A DNA stretch of 36,168 nucleotides from the NCBI GenBank assembly GCA_016765235.1, contig JAESQH010000240.1:1-36168 (forward strand), in the 5' to 3' direction. Numbering within the stretch: position 1 is the first letter of the stretch; each line of letters starts with the position of its first letter. The DNA comes from Paracoccaceae bacterium (GTDB lineage: Bacteria > Pseudomonadota > Alphaproteobacteria > Rhodobacterales > Rhodobacteraceae). The position numbers and the translations under genes are program-made. Positions 9,406 to 17,211 of this stretch are shown one piece after another. The notes under the pieces are model-generated. The model saw only the letters and a list, made by a program, of their open reading frames with translations, made no database searches and was not told the origin of the DNA.

Positions 9406-10422
9406 ATGCGTGTTTTTCAAATTCAAGGCGACTGGAGCTTCGACAACCTCGAATTAGCCGAGCGTCAAGCCCCCAGTCCAGAACGCAACCAGGTTCTGAT
9501 TTCCATGCGGGTTGCGTCCCTGAATGCGCGCGATCTGATCGTGCCCGAACGAGGGTATGGCCGCGCAACTGGCAACCTCCCGCTGATCCCTGTCTCAGAT
9601 GGGGTGGGTGAAATCGTCGAAATCGGTGAAGACGTGACGCGCGTTGCTGTCGGGGATCGTGTCTGTCCGACTTACTTTCAGAATTGGACATCTGGTGCGC
9701 CGAGCCCTGCCCGATTTGCCTCGGCTCTTGGTGGTCCGCTGGATGGAGTTATGGCCGATCTGGTCTGTCTTTCCGAAGAAGGCGTCGTCAAAGTGCCCGA
9801 ATATCTCAGCGATTTAGAAGCTGCCACGTTGCCTTGCGCAGCCCTTACGGCTTGGAGTGCAATTTCGACGCATGGCCAGACACAGGCAAGCGACCGTATT
9901 TTGATTCAAGGCACCGGAGGTGTTGCACTGTTTGCGCTGGCTTTTGCCAAACTGCACGGCGCGCATGTGACGGTCATTTCCTCCAGCGATGACAAGTTGG
10001 AGCAAGTCCGCAAAATGGGCGCGGACGCCACGATTAACTATCGCGAGACCCCGGATTGGGCGCGGGCCAGCCGCGAGTTTACAGCTAGTAAAGGCGGATA
10101 CGACAACATTATTGAACTTGGCGGCGAGGCGACCCTTCCACTGTCGCTGCGCGCTGTTCGACCGGGTGGCACGCTGTCGATGATTGGTGTTCTATCGGGT
10201 CTGAATCTCAACGCCTCGCTCGGCCCGATTGTGGCTCGCCAATTGCGGTTGCAAGGGGTTACTGTTGGGCATCGCGACGGGTTTGAAGCGATGCTTGCTG
10301 CGATGGCTCAGCATCAAATACATCCGGTTCTGGGGAAGGAATTCGCGTTCGAAGACTTGAAACCGGCGATGAACCATATTCGCGCCGGTGGTGGCTTCGG
10401 CAAGACTACGATCCGGTTCTGA
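9406..10422 (+). CDS. MDR-superfamily NAD(P)-dependent oxidoreductase (zinc-type ADH-like / quinone reductase-like)
   Basis: SLNARD, PLIPVSDGVGE, EAATLPCAALTAW, Rossmann GTGGV, FGK; catalytic Zn ligands are not evident. Confidence 0.88.
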   Translation: MRVFQIQGDWSFDNLELAERQAPSPERNQVLISMRVASLNARDLIVPERGYGRATGNLPLIPVSDGVGEIVEIGEDVTRVAVGDRVCPTYFQNWTSGAPSPARFASALGGPLDGVMADLVCLSEEGVVKVPEYLSDLEAATLPCAALTAWSAISTHGQTQASDRILIQGTGGVALFALAFAKLHGAHVTVISSSDDKLEQVRKMGADATINYRETPDWARASREFTASKGGYDNIIELGGEATLPLSLRAVRPGGTLSMIGVLSGLNLNASLGPIVARQLRLQGVTVGHRDGFEAMLAAMAQHQIHPVLGKEFAFEDLKPAMNHIRAGGGFGKTTIRF

Positions 10423-10424
10423 AC

Positions 10425-11984
10425 ATGACCAACGACATATTTCATCCAAGACATTACGCAAAAAAATCGCCTGACGCACTAGCATACCGTATGTGTGCAA
10501 CGGGCGAGGACGTTACCTTTCTTCAACTTGAAACGCGCGCAAACCAGGGTGCACATCTATTTCGTGCAGCTGGCCTTCATGTTGGCGATCACATCGTTAT
10601 CATGATGGAGAATAGGCGTGAGTTCCTTGAGATCTGCTTTGCCGCGGATCGTGCGGGGCTGTACTACACCACTGTCAGCACGCACCTGACTTTCGATGAA
10701 ATCAGCTACATCATCGCCGATTGCGGGGCGCGGGTCGTTGTAACATCCGACCATTTCTCAGAGACCAACCGCAAGTTGCATGAGACGCCCGTTCCCGGAG
10801 CACGTCTATTTATAGTGGGCGAACCGACGCGTGGATTTGAAAGCTGGTCCGAAGCTGCACAATCCCAACCCAGAACGCCGATACCGGATGAGGTTCAGGG
10901 CCTCGACATGTTATATTCTTCGGGCACAACCGGGCGGCCCAAGGGGATCAAATGGCCTCTGACGGGCGAAAAACCAGGCGGGAGGACGATGCTAATTGAC
11001 CTTCTGACCTCGCTTTTCGGTTATGATAGCGATACGCGGTATCTATCCCCTGCACCACTTTATCACGCTGCCCCGCTAAGGCACACGATGGTCACGATCA
11101 AAATGGGTGGCACTGCCTTCATAATGACGAAGTTTGACGCCCAGAACGCGTTAGAGATCATTGAGAAAGAGAACATCACCCATAGCCAATGGGTGCCAAC
11201 AATGTTCGTCCGGCTTCTCAAACTTCCGCGGGAGCTGCGCGAATCCTTTAATATTTCCTCCATGAAAATGGCTGTGCACGCAGCCGCCCCGTGCCCGGTG
11301 AGCGTCAAACATCAGATGATCAACTGGTGGGGGCCGATCATCCATGAGTACTACGCGGGCACGGAAAACAACGGTTTCACATCGATCAACACCGAAGAGT
11401 GGCTGATCCACGAAGGGTCCGTTGGAACTGCGAAGTTAGGTGTTCTACATATCTGCGATGAAGCTGGCAACGAGTTGCAAAATGGCCACGAAGGTGAAAT
11501 CTTTTTCGAAAATGGCCACCAGTTTGAATACTATAACGACCCGGAAAAAACAGAGGCCTGCACCAATGAGTTCGGTTGGACCTCTTTGGGAGATATCGGG
11601 CGAAAGGATGCCGAAGGGTATCTCTTCCTAACGGATCGAAAATCTTTCGTGATCATCTCGGGCGGCGTGAATATTTACCCACAGGAAACCGAAAATGTGC
11701 TGCTTGGGCACCCTTTGGTGCTGGATGCTGCCGTCATCGGCGTGCCGAATGAAGATTTTGGCGAAGAGGTAAAAGCAGTGGTCCAGCTAGTCGAGAACCA
11801 TGAAAGGTCCCCAGATTTGGAGGCGGCGCTGATCGAGTACTGTCGTTCGCAGCTTTCTAGCATCAAATGTCCCAGAACCATTGAGTTTCGAAAGACGCTG
11901 CCGAGAGCGGCCACCGGCAAACTATACAAACGCAAATTGCGTGACGAATACTGGACACAATCATCGTCGATATCCGGCGGCTAA
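10425..11984 (+). CDS. Acyl-CoA synthetase (AMP-forming)
   Basis: MLYSSGTTGRPKG, YYAGTE, GD.G..D..GY..LTDR, ISGGVNIYPQE, catalytic TGKL. Confidence 0.93.
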   Translation: MTNDIFHPRHYAKKSPDALAYRMCATGEDVTFLQLETRANQGAHLFRAAGLHVGDHIVIMMENRREFLEICFAADRAGLYYTTVSTHLTFDEISYIIADCGARVVVTSDHFSETNRKLHETPVPGARLFIVGEPTRGFESWSEAAQSQPRTPIPDEVQGLDMLYSSGTTGRPKGIKWPLTGEKPGGRTMLIDLLTSLFGYDSDTRYLSPAPLYHAAPLRHTMVTIKMGGTAFIMTKFDAQNALEIIEKENITHSQWVPTMFVRLLKLPRELRESFNISSMKMAVHAAAPCPVSVKHQMINWWGPIIHEYYAGTENNGFTSINTEEWLIHEGSVGTAKLGVLHICDEAGNELQNGHEGEIFFENGHQFEYYNDPEKTEACTNEFGWTSLGDIGRKDAEGYLFLTDRKSFVIISGGVNIYPQETENVLLGHPLVLDAAVIGVPNEDFGEEVKAVVQLVENHERSPDLEAALIEYCRSQLSSIKCPRTIEFRKTLPRAATGKLYKRKLRDEYWTQSSSISGG

Positions 11985-12191
11985 ACGATGACAATCAAAA
12001 CCGAATTCACCGGCGTTCAGGTCGAAACCTCAATCCGAGAGGAAGGCTGCGCCATGAGAACTACGAACACGCGTCCATTAGCAATGAATACGCTGACCGT
12101 AATCCCACTTGCGGGGCTGGTCGACAAGCGACGTTAATGGGCTGCTTGCGCCTTCGGCGTCAGCAGGGTTTGAATTTCAGGAGTATTGACT

Positions 12192-13067
12192 ATGCAGATC
12201 GGCTTTATAGGCCTTGGGAATATGGGGGCACCGATGGCTGCAAATCTCGCGGCAGCCGGGCATTCGGTCAGCGGCTTTGATCCGGTCGGGGACTACCCCG
12301 ACGGAGTAACTCAAGTTGTCAGCGCACGGCTGGCTTGTGAAAATGCTGAAGTGGTATTCCTGATGTTGCCAAACGGCGCAATTGTTAGAAGTGTCTCGGA
12401 GGACATCCTGCCAGTGATGATAAAAGGCGCGATTCTTCTCGATTGTTCGACAATCGATGTCGCGACCAGCGAGTACGTCTACCAGACCGCGCGGGATGTG
12501 GGTGTTTCAGCCCTGGATGCGCCGGTTTCCGGCGGGATCAAAGGGGCAGCCGACGGCAAGCTTACATTCATGGTTGGAGGATCGGTAGAAGGTTTTGCAA
12601 AATCCCAACACCTCTTTGATATCATGGGGAACAAAACTGTACACTGCGGAAAAGCGGGTGCAGGCCAGGCTGCCAAGCTATGCAACAATATGATCCTCGG
12701 GATCACCATGTCTGGCACTTGCGAAGCTTTTGCTCTGGCCGACAAGTTGGGGCTTGACCGGCAAAAATTGTACGACGTTGTCAGCACATCCTCGGGGTAC
12801 AGTTGGTCCATGAATGCCTACTGTCCTGCTCCAGGTGTCGGTCCTGTGTCACCCGCGGACAACGACTATGCGCCAGGATTCGCTGCCGAACTAATGCTCA
12901 AGGATCTACGCCTCAGCCAGCAAGCGGCAACCTTGGTGGATGCTGATACGCCGATGGGTCAGGCTGTCTGTGAGCTCTATGAAAATTTTATCGAAAAGGG
13001 GGATGGCTTGGGTAAAGACTTCAGCGCCCTACTGCCTTTTTTCGCGGATCGAGGCAGGACAATTTGA
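12192..13067 (+). CDS. mmsB: 3-hydroxyisobutyrate dehydrogenase (beta-hydroxyacid dehydrogenase family)
   Basis: IGFIGLGNMGAPMA, LDAPVSGG, AAKLCNNM, WSMNAYCPAPGV, GFAAELMLKDL. CAGGAG SD precedes ATG 12192. Confidence 0.9.
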   Translation: MQIGFIGLGNMGAPMAANLAAAGHSVSGFDPVGDYPDGVTQVVSARLACENAEVVFLMLPNGAIVRSVSEDILPVMIKGAILLDCSTIDVATSEYVYQTARDVGVSALDAPVSGGIKGAADGKLTFMVGGSVEGFAKSQHLFDIMGNKTVHCGKAGAGQAAKLCNNMILGITMSGTCEAFALADKLGLDRQKLYDVVSTSSGYSWSMNAYCPAPGVGPVSPADNDYAPGFAAELMLKDLRLSQQAATLVDADTPMGQAVCELYENFIEKGDGLGKDFSALLPFFADRGRTI

Positions 13068-13139
13068 GGTCGACAGCAAGGGGTCTGGTTTTTTATCACA
13101 CAGCGGCGGTCGACGAATGTGCCAATAAAGGGAGTGGAA

Positions 13140-14885
13140 ATGGAAGTTTCGTCAGAAAATGACTATCTTGAATTCTGGAAGAACGTTGCGGAAAACAATC
13201 CGTTTTTCACGGTACTTGTCCAGAGCCAAGCCAAAGATCTGGCCGAGCAGCTGAGTATAACCAACGACACATTTTCCGCCATGTCTCCGGCAACAACAAC
13301 CGAGTGGATTCAAAACGTGCTTAAATATCAGAGCGAAATGGCACAGCTTTGGTTAGGTAGTCTTGCCAATACCAAAGAGGCGACGCCAGAGCCGTCCAGA
13401 GATCCCCGTTTCCGGGGGGATGCCTGGAATGAAGGGGTGTTCCCGTTCTTGCGCATGTCCTATGAAATTGCAGCCAATACCATGGTGGAAATGGCAGATA
13501 AAGCAGGACTGCCTGCGCATGAGCAGCGCAAATTCAGTTTTTACGCGCGTGTCGCAGCAGACGCGATGGCGCCTTCGAACTATCCATCGACTAACCCCGA
13601 GGTTCTCAAGCTGGCGCAGGAGACACAGGGGCAAAGCCTGGTGGATGGATTTCAGAATGTTCTCCGGGATTTGAAAAAAGGCTATATCACGACCAGTGAC
13701 GAATCCGCTTTCGAAGTTGGGAAGAACCTCGCAACGACGCCGGGTTCTGTGGTGTTCCGAAACGAACTGGTCGAGTTGATCCAGTACAAACCGATGACCG
13801 ACCAAGTGAACAGCACGCCAATCCTGATAGTGCCACCATGTGTGAACAAGTTTTACATATTCGATATCAACGAAAAAAAATCGATGGTGCGGTATTTGCT
13901 GGAGCATGGCAACAGCGTCTATATCGTCGCGTGGAGGAACCCTGGCGCAGAACTGGTGGACTACGGGTGGGACGAATACATACTGAAGGGCATTATCTCT
14001 GCCTTCGAAGCTTGTTCCGAAGTGGATAAGGCCGAGCAAATCCACATGATGTCTTGGTGCAATGGCGGAACGATGCAGTTGGCCGCTCTGTCGGTTTTTC
14101 CAGATGAGCTGAACAAGAAAGTCGCATCGGCCACATTCCTATCCTCGATGATTGACTTCTCCGATCCGGGCGGAATCGAAGTTTTTATCGATAAGCCGCA
14201 GTTCAAGGTATACAAGAATCGAATGAAAACAGCCAAAGTCGTGCCTGGTCGGGACATCGCGCAGGCCATGGCAATGCTGCATGTCAATGAATCGATCTGG
14301 AATTTCGTGGTGAACAATTACCTGATGGGCAAGGCGTCACGTCCGTTTGACATTCTGCATTGGAACGCTGACACCTCGAACCTGCCGGTGGCCTGGTTTA
14401 GCTATTACATCCAAGAGATGTATGTCGCAAACAAGCTGATGGAGGCCGGTGCGCTGACTCTGCTCGGGCGCCCAGTGGATACCCGAAATATCAAAGTCCC
14501 GTGCTATTTCGTGGCGGCAACAGATGACCATATCGTGCCCTGGAAGACTTCGTACGTCGCGACAGCGCTTGTAACGGGTGATACTGAATTCGTCCTGACG
14601 GATGGAGGACATGTTTCTGGCACTGTCATCAACCATCCCGTAAAAAGCCGCCGCAGCTTTCTGACCGATGGTCAAAATGATCAGGACGCGGATGGCTGGA
14701 AAGAGACCGCATCGAAGACCGACGGTAGCTGGTGGAACCATTGGCTCGAGTGGCTGGGTGAAAATAGTTCAGACAAAACACGCACGGCACCCAACAAACT
14801 GGGCAGCAAGGCCTATCCGCCCTTGGCTGACGCGCCGGGAACCTATGTTGTAGAGCAGGTACCGCAAGACGGAAGACTGTTTTGA
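13140..14885 (+). CDS. phaC: Polyhydroxyalkanoate synthase (class I/II size)
   Basis: DPRF..DAW, APSN...NPE, F.VG.NLATTPG.VV.RNEL.ELIQY, P.LIVPPCVNKFYIFD, HWNAD, DHIVPW, GHV. Lipase box reads SWCNGG. GGAG SD before ATG 13140. Confidence 0.92.
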   Translation: MEVSSENDYLEFWKNVAENNPFFTVLVQSQAKDLAEQLSITNDTFSAMSPATTTEWIQNVLKYQSEMAQLWLGSLANTKEATPEPSRDPRFRGDAWNEGVFPFLRMSYEIAANTMVEMADKAGLPAHEQRKFSFYARVAADAMAPSNYPSTNPEVLKLAQETQGQSLVDGFQNVLRDLKKGYITTSDESAFEVGKNLATTPGSVVFRNELVELIQYKPMTDQVNSTPILIVPPCVNKFYIFDINEKKSMVRYLLEHGNSVYIVAWRNPGAELVDYGWDEYILKGIISAFEACSEVDKAEQIHMMSWCNGGTMQLAALSVFPDELNKKVASATFLSSMIDFSDPGGIEVFIDKPQFKVYKNRMKTAKVVPGRDIAQAMAMLHVNESIWNFVVNNYLMGKASRPFDILHWNADTSNLPVAWFSYYIQEMYVANKLMEAGALTLLGRPVDTRNIKVPCYFVAATDDHIVPWKTSYVATALVTGDTEFVLTDGGHVSGTVINHPVKSRRSFLTDGQNDQDADGWKETASKTDGSWWNHWLEWLGENSSDKTRTAPNKLGSKAYPPLADAPGTYVVEQVPQDGRLF

Positions 14886-15742
14886 TGCAAACCGTAAAAA
14901 AGAAGGCCGCTGAACATGCTATCGCACTCTATGAGGGAGCGTTTCATACGCAACAGATTAATGGTTTAGGCATCCGCATCTATTCGCGTAGGGCTGATAG
15001 TGCGGCACCACCATTGCTAATATGCAATGGGTTGGGGCAATCCGTGGAAACCCTGTTTCCGCTGATTGAACAGTTCCGGGACCGTGAAATCGTTGCCTTC
15101 GACGTGCCAGGTGTCGGTCATTCGGATATCCCCGAAAACCGCCTGAGCATTCCGGAGTACGCACGCATCACTGCACAAATCATGGAGCAATTGGGACATG
15201 ACATCTATGATGTATTGGGTATTTCCTGGGGCGGTGCTCTTGCGCAGCAACTGGCCCATGACTATCCGGATCGGTGTCGAAAGCTAGTTCTTTCCATCTC
15301 GTCAGCCGGCGGTCCGGGCAGCTGGTGGGGTTCACCGATAGCTCAATTCGAGATATTTTTCCCATTGCGCTACACCAGCAAGACCTATGGCAACATGATT
15401 GGCCCATGGATGTATGGAGGTGAGGCAATTTTTCAGCCTGAAATGTTCAAGGAATACGCCAAACATGCCATCGCACCCTCGGCAGAAGGGTATTTTGGGC
15501 AGGTGCAGGCGATCTGTAGCTGGACCAGTCTGCCTTGGCTGCACAATCTTAAGCAACCTACCCAAGTCATTGCTGGGGCTTTTGACGCACTTATTCCAAT
15601 CGCCAATCAGTTACTGTTAGCGTCGCGTCTACCTAATGCGCGACTCAAAGTTTATCAGGATGGGCATCTGCTGATGTATTCGCTTCGTGAAGAAGTTGGA
15701 AACTTGATGGTCAGTTTTCTGGACGAAGTCGGCGCACGGTAG
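14885..15742 (+). CDS. phaZ: Intracellular PHA depolymerase (alpha/beta hydrolase, Pseudomonas PhaZ-like)
   Basis: PLLICNGLG, FDVPGVGHS, lipase box GISWGG.LAQQ.A, WTSLPWLH, D..IP..N, GHL; TGATG coupling to phaC. Confidence 0.82.
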   Translation: MQTVKKKAAEHAIALYEGAFHTQQINGLGIRIYSRRADSAAPPLLICNGLGQSVETLFPLIEQFRDREIVAFDVPGVGHSDIPENRLSIPEYARITAQIMEQLGHDIYDVLGISWGGALAQQLAHDYPDRCRKLVLSISSAGGPGSWWGSPIAQFEIFFPLRYTSKTYGNMIGPWMYGGEAIFQPEMFKEYAKHAIAPSAEGYFGQVQAICSWTSLPWLHNLKQPTQVIAGAFDALIPIANQLLLASRLPNARLKVYQDGHLLMYSLREEVGNLMVSFLDEVGAR

Positions 15743-15897
15743 TCATAGGTAGATTGGCTAAGTTTGTCTTGTTTGAAAGCCCGGTCTGGGAAACTACTAG
15801 AGAGTTTTCGCGTCCGCAGGGAAATCCCGTTTCCCACCCAAATTGGCAGTTTCATATGGTTACTCGAAGAGTGAGAAACGCCTGGTTTTTCTCTGTG

Positions 15898-16149
15898 TTA
15901 CGAACCGCAGGTGCTGACCTGCTCTCTGAGCAGACTGTAGTCAGCCAACCAGTCGACAATTACGGTATTCGCTGGCAAGGCTTCAATTTCAGTGGCCAAC
16001 AGAGATTGCTCTGCCCGACTATACTGCACAGCCGGCGGGCAAGCCCCGACAACGGGCTCAGAACTCACCGTCGCGCAAGCGGTCAACAAGCTCGCCACGG
16101 TTACGAGGGCGACGGGCCCCAGCCTCAAGCATTCGGCGTTCAATTTCAT
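15898..16149 (-). CDS. Putative o-spanin (Rz1-like lipoprotein), orphan phage lysis gene
   Basis: Lipobox LLTA-C, CPP.V.YS, WLADY..LREQ...C; overlaps the 3' end of the upstream gene by about 92 nt, as spanin pairs do. Confidence 0.6.
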   Translation of the reverse strand: MKLNAECLRLGPVALVTVASLLTACATVSSEPVVGACPPAVQYSRAEQSLLATEIEALPANTVIVDWLADYSLLREQVSTCGS

Positions 16150-16312
16150 TTGTTGTCTCCTGATTTTCAAGACGTTCTGCCAGCCGTCCGGCGCGCTCGC
16201 CGGAGCGGCGCAGGAACAGAAGGAACAGTGATATTGTCAGGGCGATTGCCGCCCACTTTCCGACGGCCAGCATTAACCGGCTGCCGGCGAACCATCCGAT
16301 GAGCGCTCCCAT
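16058..16312 (-). CDS. Putative i-spanin (Rz-like): N-terminal TM helix plus coiled-coil
   Basis: From ATG 16312: TM segment WAAIALTISLFLLFL, then ERAGRLAERLE..RRMLEAGARRPR.R.ELVDRLRDGEF. Confidence 0.6.
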   Translation of the reverse strand: MGALIGWFAGSRLMLAVGKWAAIALTISLFLLFLRRSGERAGRLAERLENQETTNEIERRMLEAGARRPRNRGELVDRLRDGEF

Positions 16313-16359
16313 CAACTCTGCCCCTTTCGCCAGTCGTCCCAGCGGGCATAGATGGCAAC
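16312..16359 (-). pseudogene. 3' remnant of a phage lysis (holin/endolysin-associated) gene
   Basis: VAIYARWDDWRKGQS* ends in a TGATG overlap with the i-spanin start. It resembles C-termini preceding such spanins in alphaproteobacterial prophages; the upstream frame is closed. Confidence 0.45.
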
Positions 16360-16425
16360 CCAGAAGCGTAACCTCGGGTGTGCCGGGATCGCCGTCGCGC
16401 AGGATCAACAGACCGCTGGACGGGT

Positions 16426-16821
16426 GTCGTTGTGCCTTTAATTATGAGTAAAAATATTGTTTTTTTCAACGAACGGGCTGTGCTGCTAATTGTGAAATTG
16501 TTCCCGTAATTTCGAAACTGTGCCCTAGTTATTGAAATGGCCTGCCGTGTAAACAGCATCTAAGTAAATTTAGATATTTTGATAGTATCCATAGGTGCGG
16601 AATCGACGGTGAAAGTATTTTACACTTCAATTTGAACTTCAACCGTTGGTCCAAAAGCGTGTTTTCCCTTTTGCGTACCGGTTAAATTTTAAATAAACAT
16701 TGACCTGTCTCTTGTGCTCTTAATTGTGAAATGAATCGGTGGATATTTCACAATTAAGAGCACAAAAATGATCGAAAACGGCGCGCATGCGTTTTATTGC
16801 CATAATTAGGGGCACAACGCC
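16426..16821. mobile_element. 396-bp non-autonomous element with 21-bp terminal inverted repeats (MITE-like, possibly decayed IS6 family)
   Basis: Left end GTCGTTGTGCCTTTAATTATG vs reverse complement of right end GGCGTTGTGCCCCTAATTATG (18/21). AT-rich interior; the flanking genes stop at or near its ends. Confidence 0.6.
16712..16765. repeat. Perfect 21-bp inverted repeat TTGTGCTCTTAATTGTGAAAT-N12-ATTTCACAATTAAGAGCACAA
   Basis: Read directly: arms 16712-16732 and 16745-16765; a third, 18/20 copy lies at 16479-16498. Confidence 0.9.
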
Positions 16822-16994
16822 AAACGGTTAATGGGGTAAGGTGTCCACTCCTCATCTAACGAGCGAATAGCGTCCAATATCCGATCCGGCAGCGCAGCAT
16901 TGAAGCTTCTTTCATAGTCCATCACGGCCAGAAATCCTTCTTTCGTGGCGTTTTCGAATTTGGTCCATGTCGGTTTGTTGCTTTTATCAAGCAT
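16822..16994 (-). pseudogene. 5' fragment of an HD-domain metal-dependent phosphohydrolase/oxygenase
   Basis: AGGA SD plus ATG 16994. TWTKFENATKEGF..LPDRILDAIRSL..YPINRL matches the N-terminus of small HD proteins (..LPDR.L..L..L...PVDRL.HSLQ), cut just before the HSLQ motif by the TIR element. Confidence 0.55.
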
Positions 16995-17089
16995 ATTGGG
17001 TTTCCTAATTTACGATGAGGACAATTACCATGGATCGGATGATCGAAAAATTAATTGATTTCATCACACCGATAAAATATTCGTCCGAT

Positions 17090-17211
17090 ATGAATATAGG
17101 TGCCATCGAAACATATCTGGTTATAGCGGAATTGGGCGGATTTCATATCGCAGCTCGACGGCTGAACATCACACAAACAGCGGTCAGCGCGCGCATTAAA
17201 TCCCTAGAAAA
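17090..17211 (+). pseudogene. LysR HTH fragment truncated by IS insertion
   Basis: MNIGAIETYLVIAELGGFHIAARRLNITQTAVSARIKSLEK, then the IS left end at 17212; no continuation on the far side of the IS. Confidence 0.85.

Noticed and set aside
13353-14045. 230-aa antisense ORF, and the other shadow ORFs across 3.5-15.7 kb
   Set aside because: They lie opposite well-supported genes and have no motifs; this is expected from codon bias.
15754-16559. ORFs 15754..16302 (+) and 16167..16559 (-)
   Set aside because: The first is antisense to the spanin pair. The second runs across the mini-element boundary and is a chimera.
16479-16765. Possible CRISPR array from the 20-bp repeats
   Set aside because: Only three copies, one inverted, with irregular spacing and no cas genes.
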